From an uncultured bacterium (GTDB taxonomy: Bacteria > Acidobacteriota > Thermoanaerobaculia > Multivoradales > JAHZIX01), in assembly GCA_965368975.1 (NCBI GenBank), contig CBDUPA010000011.1, positions 96,001-160,000 on the forward strand: a stretch of 64,000 bases of DNA. The letters are read 5' to 3'. The notes under the pieces were generated by a model. It did no database searches, had not been told where the DNA came from, and was given only the letters and a program-made list of their open reading frames with translations. Of the stretch, positions 1 to 8,371 are shown one piece after another. The stretch's first letter is position 1; the number at the start of each line of letters is the position of its first letter. The translations under genes were made by a program, and so were the position numbers.

Positions 1-234
1 CGAGGGCGTTGGCCGGCGGGTGATTCATGCGCAGCAGGCGTACGGCGCCGTGATCGTGGACGTCAATCATGCTTGGGCTCCTCTCACGGGTCTGATCCTA
101 CCAGGGCTGAGCGCTGTCGCGGTCGTCGTCGCTCGTCGCTCGTCGCAGCTTTGTGGTTGCGGTTCTTTGACTTCGTGCCGCTTTTTGGACAAGATTCACC
201 CGGCTGATTCACCCCCAACCACGAGTGCAGGAGC

Positions 235-2331
235 TTGGCTCAGGACATCACCCGATTCGGTCGCTTCGAGGTCAGATCCGTGCTCGGGCGCGGTGCCATG
301 GGTTTGGTGTATCTGGCCGAGGACCCGGTGATCGGCCGCGAGGTGGCAATCAAGGCGATCCGCAACCCGACCGGCGCGGAAGCGGCCGAGGTGCAGGAAA
401 TGCGGGCCCGCTTCGAGGGCGAATTCCGCTCCGCTGGCACGCTGTCGCACCCCAACATCGTCACGGTTTACGACGTCGGGCAGGAGGGCGACTCGTCCTT
501 CATCGCCATGGAGTACGTCAAGGGCGAGACGCTCGAGTCCGTGATGCGCTCCGAGCGCAATCTGTCGCCGAACGAGATCGCCGATCTGGCGTTGCAGTTG
601 GGTAGCGCGCTGGACTACGCGCACAAGCGCGACATTGTCCACCGCGACATCAAGCCGGCCAACATCATGATCACCTGGGACGGCCGTCCCATGGTCACTG
701 ACTTCGGCGTCGCCAAGCTGGCGTCGAGCACGGTCACGCGCACCGGCACAATCATCGGCACGCCAGCCTACATGGCGCCGGAACAGGTCACCGGCGGTAC
801 CATCAGTGGTGCTTCGGACCAGTTCTCGCTCGGCGTCATCCTGTACCAGCTGCTCACCGGCGAGCGGCCATTCAGCGGCGAGAATCCCACCACGGTGCTG
901 TACAAGATCGTGCACCAGGAACCCCTGCCACCGCAGGAGCTGAACCGCGAGCTACCGGACGAAGTTGGCCGGGTGCTGCTGCGTTCGCTGAAAAAGGATC
1001 CGGCAGAGCGCTACGCCTCGTGTACCGAGATGGCGCGTGCGCTGCGGCAGGCGCTGCAACTGTTACCGCCCGAGGACTTGGCGGCCAGTGAAGACGCTGA
1101 GCCGACCCTGGTGAGCAGCCCGACGGACATCATCAGTCGCCGTCAGGTACAAGTAGTCGAAGGCCGGCGCCGGCGTCGCAAGCGGCTGATGCAGGGCTTT
1201 GTGGCTCTAGTGGTGCTCGCCGTGCTGGCCGGCTTCGGCTGGTGGCTGAGCCGCGGTGGCTCGCCGCTGAATCCGCGCTTGGTGCAGGTCCAGACAGACG
1301 TACCCGGTGCCGAGATCTGGATCGACGGTCGCGACAGCGGCCAGCGTACACCGGCGCAGCTGGAGGTCTACGGCTTGCCGGGTTCCAGCCGCCAGCTGGA
1401 GCTGCGGCGTGAAGGCCAGGTGACGGCGCGCGACGAGCTGGTGCTGGCACAGGATATGCCGGACATCTGGCAACCCCAGGAGTTCTGGACCCTCGAGCGC
1501 CAAGTGCAGGTCGAGACGACGATCCCGGGCGCGGAGATCTGGGTCGACGGTGCCGACACCGGCGAACGCACACCGGCGGAAGTGCGCCTGAGTGGCAATG
1601 CAGGAGTTCCCGCTGCGCTCGAGCTGCGGCGCGAAGACCAAGTGACGGCGCAAGAGCAGCTGGTCTTGACACCGGATCTGGAGCCGCGTTGGGCGCCGCA
1701 GGAGATGCTGCGGGTGCGCGTCGACTCGCAGCCGCCGGGTGCCCAGATTCGGCTCGATGGTGACCTGTTGGACACGACGCCAGCGGCGATCGAGCTGCGG
1801 CCCGGTGGCGGGCAGCAGCTGGAGCTGAGCCTCGACGGCTACGGTGGCTGGTCGAGCGAAGTCTCGGCATTGACCCCGCAGCTGCTCGAGAACGGCCTTC
1901 AGGTGACGCTGCGGCCGCTGGTCCGTCCAGGCTTCGTGGTCGTCGCGCCCGGCTATCCCGTACGCGTCTCGGTCGCCGGCCGCAGCTACGGGCCGCGCAG
2001 CGACCACCGCATCCCCGTGTCGCCCGGTGACTACGACGTTGCGATCAGCGCCGCCGAAGTCTTTCTCGACCTGCGCCGACAGGTGCGTGTCACCACCGGC
2101 AACGACACAGAAGTCTCGCTGCCGCCCTTGGTGCCCATCACCATCACCGCCAACCCGTCGAACTGCAAGATCAGCATCGACGGCCGCGAGGTCGACTTCA
2201 CCCCCATCCGGGGCCTGCCGGTGAGCGCCGGGGCGCACACGTTGACCTTCTTCTGGCCCGCTCTAGGCAAAACCAGCGAGCAGCGCGAGACCATCTCGGC
2301 CAGCAACGCGGTCTTCTTCGCGCGCCCCTGA
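235..2331 (+). CDS. Membrane-anchored Hanks-type Ser/Thr protein kinase with extracytoplasmic PEGA-like repeats
   Basis: GRGAMG, VAIK, HRDIKPAN, DFG, GTPAYMAPE motifs; Arg-rich stretch then TM helix; repeated 'T-x-PGAEIWxDG...TPA' units; GCAGGAG RBS before TTG. Confidence 0.92.
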   Translation: MAQDITRFGRFEVRSVLGRGAMGLVYLAEDPVIGREVAIKAIRNPTGAEAAEVQEMRARFEGEFRSAGTLSHPNIVTVYDVGQEGDSSFIAMEYVKGETLESVMRSERNLSPNEIADLALQLGSALDYAHKRDIVHRDIKPANIMITWDGRPMVTDFGVAKLASSTVTRTGTIIGTPAYMAPEQVTGGTISGASDQFSLGVILYQLLTGERPFSGENPTTVLYKIVHQEPLPPQELNRELPDEVGRVLLRSLKKDPAERYASCTEMARALRQALQLLPPEDLAASEDAEPTLVSSPTDIISRRQVQVVEGRRRRRKRLMQGFVALVVLAVLAGFGWWLSRGGSPLNPRLVQVQTDVPGAEIWIDGRDSGQRTPAQLEVYGLPGSSRQLELRREGQVTARDELVLAQDMPDIWQPQEFWTLERQVQVETTIPGAEIWVDGADTGERTPAEVRLSGNAGVPAALELRREDQVTAQEQLVLTPDLEPRWAPQEMLRVRVDSQPPGAQIRLDGDLLDTTPAAIELRPGGGQQLELSLDGYGGWSSEVSALTPQLLENGLQVTLRPLVRPGFVVVAPGYPVRVSVAGRSYGPRSDHRIPVSPGDYDVAISAAEVFLDLRRQVRVTTGNDTEVSLPPLVPITITANPSNCKISIDGREVDFTPIRGLPVSAGAHTLTFFWPALGKTSEQRETISASNAVFFARP

Positions 2332-2348
2332 AGTCGTACCGCACCGCT

Positions 2349-4010
2349 GTGTTTCTACGCAGTGAGTACGATAAGCTCGGCAGCGTGTGGCGTGAGAAAA
2401 GCAAGAATCGTGACCGAAACCTCCTAGCCCGGAGACAACTGGCCTGGCGCCAGTGGGTTCTCGCGGGCTGGATCCTTTGTAGTCTGCTGTTCGGGGCATC
2501 CTGGTGCCTGGCTCAGACGTCGGCGGCGACTCCGGAAGAGGCCCAAGCCGAACTAGCCGCGCAGCGCCTGTTGTTCGAGGCGCGGCGCTTGGCGCAGGAC
2601 GGCGACCTGGCCGCGGCCGTGCGCGAGTACGGCTTGCTGGCCCAGCGCTTCGCCGGTCGCCTCGAGGCACGGCAGGCGCTGCTGGAACGTGCGCAGCTAC
2701 AGCTGCGCCTGGGCAATCCCCAGGACGGCCGTGACACCGCGCAGCAGCTGATCGACGCCTATCCGTCGTCGTCGGAAGCCGCTGGTGCCTTCGTCATCCT
2801 CGGTCGTAGCCGCAGCGACCAGCCGTCCACCCCGGCCGACCTGGAAGAGGCGCGCTCCAACTTCCGACGCGTGCCGCTGCTCTTCGGCCGCGATGCCTTC
2901 CCGGAGCTGGACTGGCGCGGTGAAGCGCGGGTGCGTTCCGGCGACATTGGACTGCGCCTGGGTGAGACCGAGGCCGCGGCCGCCGCATTCGTGCGTGCGA
3001 TCGAAGACGAAGCGCCGTCGCGCTGGACCGCGCGCGCCCGCCTGGGCCTGGCGGAAGTCCTGCTACGCCAGGGCGAGTGGACCGCGGCCGCCGACGTGCT
3101 GCAGCGGTTGATCCGTACTTCGGAGCTGGGCCTACCGGAAGGAGACGTCGAGCTCGCCGTCATGGCGCGCCGCCAGCTGACACTGATTCACCGGCTGCGC
3201 ATCCGGCCACAAGCCGGGCAGCCGCGCTGGCAGACCGCCCGCCAAGTTGCCGTCGGTCTGGCACTGGACAAGCCGGTGGGCATCGCGGTGCATGAAGATG
3301 GCCGCCTGGCCATCGCCGACGACGGAGCCTCGACCGCATTCGTGAGCGTGGGTCCAGAGGGTGCGGGCTCGACGGGTGCCGGCTTCACGGTGGTCTCGCG
3401 TATGCCGGCCGACGACCCGGGCAAGCCCTGGTGGAGCGGTGATCAAGCCTACCTGCCCACCAAGTCACGAGTGCAGAGCTTGCTCGACCGCGCGGCGCAG
3501 AGTTTCATCGTGATGAAGGGAAGCGATCGAAAGCCGGCCGAAGAACTGACCGCCGGCAGCCGTGGCCTGTTCGGCCAGTGGTACCTGGTCGAGAGCGATG
3601 TCGAACGTTTGCTCGGCTACCCACCGGTCGGTGGCCGGCCGGGCACGTTGGCTTCGGGCGACCCGATCGATGTAGCCACGGATCGCCGCGGCCGCGTCTA
3701 CCTGCTGGACGGCGATGCCGGTACCGTAACTCGTTTCGACGTGCAGGGTACTTCTGAAGGCGTCGTGGTGCGCGGCAACTGGCGTCGCCCACAAGCGCTG
3801 GAGGTCGACTTCCTGGGCAATATCTATGTCCTCGACCGTGGCGAGTCGCAAATTCACCTCTACAGTCCAGACGGAGAGCGTCTGCAGACCCTTGGTCCTC
3901 AGCTGCCGGGGGGTATCGAGCTGCGCACTCCAATGGACTTGAGCGTCGACGGTAGCGGTCGCTTGTGGCTGGTGGATTCGCGCCTGGCGGCAGTGGTGGT
4001 CCTGGAGTGA
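2349..4010 (+). CDS. Exported TPR (BamD/YfiO-like) + NHL-type beta-propeller protein
   Basis: Signal-like hydrophobic segment ending CLA-Q; TPR-like helices (LIDAYPSSSEAAGA); NHL-like repeats (PVGIAVHEDG, PIDVATDRRG, PQALEVDFLG, PMDLSVDGSG); start uncertain. Confidence 0.75.
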   Translation: MFLRSEYDKLGSVWREKSKNRDRNLLARRQLAWRQWVLAGWILCSLLFGASWCLAQTSAATPEEAQAELAAQRLLFEARRLAQDGDLAAAVREYGLLAQRFAGRLEARQALLERAQLQLRLGNPQDGRDTAQQLIDAYPSSSEAAGAFVILGRSRSDQPSTPADLEEARSNFRRVPLLFGRDAFPELDWRGEARVRSGDIGLRLGETEAAAAAFVRAIEDEAPSRWTARARLGLAEVLLRQGEWTAAADVLQRLIRTSELGLPEGDVELAVMARRQLTLIHRLRIRPQAGQPRWQTARQVAVGLALDKPVGIAVHEDGRLAIADDGASTAFVSVGPEGAGSTGAGFTVVSRMPADDPGKPWWSGDQAYLPTKSRVQSLLDRAAQSFIVMKGSDRKPAEELTAGSRGLFGQWYLVESDVERLLGYPPVGGRPGTLASGDPIDVATDRRGRVYLLDGDAGTVTRFDVQGTSEGVVVRGNWRRPQALEVDFLGNIYVLDRGESQIHLYSPDGERLQTLGPQLPGGIELRTPMDLSVDGSGRLWLVDSRLAAVVVLE

Positions 4011-4018
4011 GCGAAAGC

Positions 4019-6355
4019 ATGCGTATCCTGAGCAAGTTCTGTTTCCAGCTGGCCGCGTGGTTGTTCGCTCCGGCGTTGCTACTGCTGGCACTCGTACTGC
4101 CGGCCCTACTCCTGCCGGCTCTACCGGCGAACGCTCAGATCGAAGAAGAAGACCTGCCGCCGGACACCTTCACTCGCCTGACCTACGAGCGGCTCAGCCT
4201 CGAAGAGCTGGAGCAGCGCTTCCGTGCCGCCGAAGAAGCTTTCCGCGCCGCCGAGGATCTGGCGTCGCCCCTGCCTGCCTTCGACGACTTGATCCGCATC
4301 CTGGAGGAACGCCTGGCGGCCGGTAGCCTGCCGGCGGTGGAGCGCGTGCTCTTGGCCGACAGTCTCAGCTACCGAATTCGCATCAATTTCAACCTCGGGG
4401 CCAACGATGCTGTAGGGCAGGATCTGGAACATTTGCTAGCAGTGCAGCCCGAGCACCAGCTGGATCCCGATCTCGTGTCCCCCAAGCTGATCGATCTGCT
4501 GGAGCGCAAGCGCCGCCAACTGGTGGGACACGCGGACGTCCTGATTACGCCGGCTGATGCCGAGGTACGCATCGACGGCCGGCTCGTCGAGACCGGTGGT
4601 GAGCCGGTGTCGGTGCTCGCCGGTAGCTGGACGCTCAGCGCAGCACGCCTGGGCTATGCACCGATCGAGATGGAGGTCGAGATCCCGGCCGGCGAGCGGA
4701 CGCCGATCGAGGTGCAGCTGGAGCGCACCAGCGCTGTCCTGGTGGTGGTTACCCAACCGGCCGGTGCCCGCGTCACGATCGAGGGACAAGACATGGGCAC
4801 GACCCCGGTCGCCGAGGGCCCTGTCTCCGAGGGTGCTGCCTCCGAGCGCCCGGCCTCCGAGGGCCCAGCGTCCGGGGACCCGGCATCCACGACGGCGGAG
4901 TCCGAGCCTTTGCGGCTCGAAGGTCTACAGACCGGTGCCTATCGCCTGGAAGTCACCAAGGAGGGGTACCGTCCCTACCGTGCACGCATCCAGCTGCCCG
5001 AACTGCGCGACTACGCCACCGGAACGCTGGCGCTGGAACGCACCGAAGCTGAAGTGCTGCTGCAAGGCCTGGGCCCTCAAGCCCGCGTGCAAGTCGATGG
5101 ACGCGAGGTCCGGGTCGAACGCCTCGGTCGAGATGCCGGTCGCTTACGCTTGGCTCCGGGCGACTTCCGTCTCAACGTCACCGATGGAACCCGCGGCGTC
5201 TTCGAGGCGGGCCTGCAGCTGGCAGACCGGCAGACGCTGGAAGTTACCGTCCGGCTGCAGCCGGGCTTGGTCTTTCTGGGCGTCCAGGGCGGCGACCGCG
5301 TGGCGGCGGAGGAATTGACCCAGATAGTCCTCACCGTCGGCCGTGCGCTCGACGGCTGGGCGCTGCTGGACCGCAGTGAGGCCGGGCTGGACCTGTTGCA
5401 TCGGCTCGGCGTCGACACTGCCAACCTGCGCCGCGCCGCCGACCCGGCAGTACCGAACCGTACGGGCGCCGACTGGGGCCGGTTGCAGGCTGCGGCCGAC
5501 CAGGCAATGCCCGGTGCCGTCTACCTGATGGCGGTTCTCTCGGACGATCTCATGGCGTCGCACGCCGACCTTTGGTTCTGGCCCGCGGCCCCAGGTCCGG
5601 CGCGCCCCGACCATACTCGCGTCGCCCTGCGTGGTGCCAGCGGAAGTGACAGTGGAGATGACGGCGACGCCCTGGCGCGTGTCATCCGCGCCGCGGGTCA
5701 ACCGGTACAGCTGGTGCGCCCCTGGTTCGGCGCGCTGCTGATCGACTCGGATGCCGCCAACGGGCCGGTGATCGCCGAAGTTGTTGCCGACAGCCCGGCC
5801 GCCGCCGCGGGCGTCCGCCTGGGGGAGCGTGTCGTGGCGGTGTTCAACCGTAACGTTACCTCGGCACTCGAGGTCGAACAGCAACTGGACCTGGCACCCG
5901 GCGCCTCGGTGAGTATCACGCTGGAGAATTCGAGCGGCCGCCGGGTCGTCGACTTCCAGCTCGGCACCAGTCCGGCGGTCGTCCCGCTGGACGACCCCGA
6001 CCAGATCTACGCCACCGTCTCCGCGGCGCTGTCGCGTGCACGTCTGGAAGGGCAAGACGTCCCTGGTTGGCTGCTGGATCTGAACCAGGCCGCCGTGTTC
6101 CTGCAGGGGTCGGCCTGGGAAGAAGCCGTGCGCGTGCTGCGCGGTGTGCAGGCGCCGCGGGGTGCCGGACTCGGTCAGGCTGCGGTCGACTACTGGTTGG
6201 CGATCGCGCTGCGCGCCGCCAGTCCCGCCTACCAGGACCAAGCCCGGCAAGCCCTCGAACGGGCCGCCGCCTCCCCGGGCGGACGCCTCTTCCACAACGA
6301 CGGCCCGCTGGTCGCACCGCGGGCCCGTGCCCGCCTGCTCGAACTCGGCGAGTAG
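4019..6355 (+). CDS. Exported PEGA + PDZ + TPR-like protein
   Basis: ATG 4019 followed by signal peptide (ANA-Q); PEGA motifs (TPADAEVRIDG, TQPAGARVTIEG); PDZ signature VVADSPAAAAGVRLGERVVAV. Confidence 0.72.
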   Translation: MRILSKFCFQLAAWLFAPALLLLALVLPALLLPALPANAQIEEEDLPPDTFTRLTYERLSLEELEQRFRAAEEAFRAAEDLASPLPAFDDLIRILEERLAAGSLPAVERVLLADSLSYRIRINFNLGANDAVGQDLEHLLAVQPEHQLDPDLVSPKLIDLLERKRRQLVGHADVLITPADAEVRIDGRLVETGGEPVSVLAGSWTLSAARLGYAPIEMEVEIPAGERTPIEVQLERTSAVLVVVTQPAGARVTIEGQDMGTTPVAEGPVSEGAASERPASEGPASGDPASTTAESEPLRLEGLQTGAYRLEVTKEGYRPYRARIQLPELRDYATGTLALERTEAEVLLQGLGPQARVQVDGREVRVERLGRDAGRLRLAPGDFRLNVTDGTRGVFEAGLQLADRQTLEVTVRLQPGLVFLGVQGGDRVAAEELTQIVLTVGRALDGWALLDRSEAGLDLLHRLGVDTANLRRAADPAVPNRTGADWGRLQAAADQAMPGAVYLMAVLSDDLMASHADLWFWPAAPGPARPDHTRVALRGASGSDSGDDGDALARVIRAAGQPVQLVRPWFGALLIDSDAANGPVIAEVVADSPAAAAGVRLGERVVAVFNRNVTSALEVEQQLDLAPGASVSITLENSSGRRVVDFQLGTSPAVVPLDDPDQIYATVSAALSRARLEGQDVPGWLLDLNQAAVFLQGSAWEEAVRVLRGVQAPRGAGLGQAAVDYWLAIALRAASPAYQDQARQALERAAASPGGRLFHNDGPLVAPRARARLLELGE

Positions 6356-6437
6356 TCACGGCTGAGCCGACGGGCGACCTGCCTCCATGCGGCTGGCGAG
6401 ATCCGGCCCACCTACAGCAACCAGGAACACTTCCGAC

Positions 6438-8252
6438 ATGACGACCACGCTAGAGACTGCCAAGGCGCAGATCGCAGACCTACTGCAGCCAGTGTGCGGC
6501 GACCAGCTCGAGATCAAGCATGCGCCGCCAAACGTCGATGCCCAGCTGGCGGTGCCCTTGTTCCGTGCCGCCAAAGAACAGCGCACTAATCCCAAACAGC
6601 TGGCCCAGGACGTTGCCGACAGCCTAGCACCCAAGCTCGCGGACACACTCTTCGCCGACGTCTCGGTGGCCGGTGGCTTCCTCAATTTCCGCTTCGACGC
6701 CGCGCGCTATCGCCGCAGTGTCGTCGATGACTTCCGCCGCCTGGGTGACGGTTACGGCGGCTCGGACATCGGTCACGGCAAGACGGTGGTCATCGACTAT
6801 TCGTCGCCCAACATCGCCAAGCCGTTCTCCGTCGGCCATCTGCGCTCGACGGTCATCGGCCAGTCGATCAAGAACATCCTCACCTGCCTCGGCTACACCG
6901 TCATCGGTGACAACCACATCGGCGATTGGGGCACCCAATTCGGCAAGTTGCTGCGTGCCTTCGAGCTGTGGGGCGATCGCGGCGAGGTCGAGAAGGACCC
7001 GATCCGCCAGCTGCTGGCGCTGTATGTGCGTTTCCACGACGAGGCTGAGCAGAACCCCGTGCTCGAGGAAGAGGCGCGCACGTGGTTCCGTCGTCTCGAA
7101 GACGGTGACGCGGAAGCAGTCGCGCTGTGGAAGTGGGTGGCGGAGGTCAGCTGGCAGGATTTCCAGCGTATTTACAGCCTGCTCGGTGTCGAATTCGAAG
7201 AAGTGCTGGGCGAGAGCTTCTACAACGACCGCCTGCAGCCAATCGTCGACGAACTGTTCGAGCGCGGGCTGGCCGAATGGAGTGTGCCACCCCAGAAGGA
7301 CAACGCCGAGAAGGGCCACGCTCAGGGCGAGATCGAGACGAAAGAAGACCCCGCTGCTGCGGACAAGGTGGCGCTGGTGCACCTCGAGGAGCACGGTATC
7401 GACACGCCGTTGCTGATCCAGAAGAGCGACGGTACGTCTCTCTATGCCACCCGCGACCTGGCGACGATTCGCTACCGCTGCGAGCGGTGGCAGCCGGTCG
7501 AGGTGCTCTACGTTGTCGGTGCTGAGCAGAAGCTCTACTTCCAGCAACTCTTCCTGGTCGCCGGCATGCTCGGTTGTGATACCCAGTGCGTGCACGTGCC
7601 GTTCGGTCTGATCCGTCTCGCCGAGGGCAAGATGTCCACCCGCAAGGGGCGGGTGATCTTCCTCGAAGACGTGCTGGCGGAAGCCGTGCGCCGGGCCGAG
7701 GAGGTGATCGAGGACCGCGACCTGAGCGCCGAAGAGAAACGCGATATCGCGCGCAAGGTGGGCCTCGGCGCCGTCAAATTCGCGGACCTTTCGCAGACCC
7801 GCACCAAAGACGTGCTCTTCGACTGGGACAAGATGCTCAGCTTGCAGGGCGATACCTCGCCCTACCTGCAATACGCGCACGCACGCATCCGTTCGATGCT
7901 GCGCAGCGCCGCCGAGCAGGGTCGCGAAGAGCAGGGTCACGCCGAGGAGATCTCGGCGGCTCAGATCGACGCCGATCTGCTCACCACGCCGGAAGAGACC
8001 GCCTTGCTCGAAGCGCTGGCCCGCTTTCCGGAGGCGATCCAGCAGGCCGCAGTCGGCTACCTGCCGCACCTGATCGCCAACTACTTGTTGGCCCTGGCCA
8101 AAGACTTCAGCGCTTTCTACCGCGAGGTGCCCGTGCTGCGAGCTGAAGGGGAGGCCTTGCGTCTCAGCCGGCTCGGCCTGTGTGCCGTCACTGCGCAGGT
8201 GCTGCAGCGTGGCCTGGGACTGTTGGGCATCGAATGTCCGGAGAAGATGTAG
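6438..8252 (+). CDS. argS: Arginine--tRNA ligase
   Basis: DYSSPNIAKPFSVGHLRS (HIGH-like), GDWGTQFG, KSDGTSLYATRDLA, KMSTRKG, YLQYAHARI; ATG 6438 chosen as start. Confidence 0.97.
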   Translation: MTTTLETAKAQIADLLQPVCGDQLEIKHAPPNVDAQLAVPLFRAAKEQRTNPKQLAQDVADSLAPKLADTLFADVSVAGGFLNFRFDAARYRRSVVDDFRRLGDGYGGSDIGHGKTVVIDYSSPNIAKPFSVGHLRSTVIGQSIKNILTCLGYTVIGDNHIGDWGTQFGKLLRAFELWGDRGEVEKDPIRQLLALYVRFHDEAEQNPVLEEEARTWFRRLEDGDAEAVALWKWVAEVSWQDFQRIYSLLGVEFEEVLGESFYNDRLQPIVDELFERGLAEWSVPPQKDNAEKGHAQGEIETKEDPAAADKVALVHLEEHGIDTPLLIQKSDGTSLYATRDLATIRYRCERWQPVEVLYVVGAEQKLYFQQLFLVAGMLGCDTQCVHVPFGLIRLAEGKMSTRKGRVIFLEDVLAEAVRRAEEVIEDRDLSAEEKRDIARKVGLGAVKFADLSQTRTKDVLFDWDKMLSLQGDTSPYLQYAHARIRSMLRSAAEQGREEQGHAEEISAAQIDADLLTTPEETALLEALARFPEAIQQAAVGYLPHLIANYLLALAKDFSAFYREVPVLRAEGEALRLSRLGLCAVTAQVLQRGLGLLGIECPEKM

Positions 8253-8371
8253 AAACCGAGCGAGGCCAACGCTCAGCTCGGCGTCCCGTAGCGCCCGCGC
8301 ACTGTTGTCGTGTCGCTCGACCCGACCGTTCCGCTCACCGATTCGTCCCCCTGGACCCAAGGAGGCTTCCG

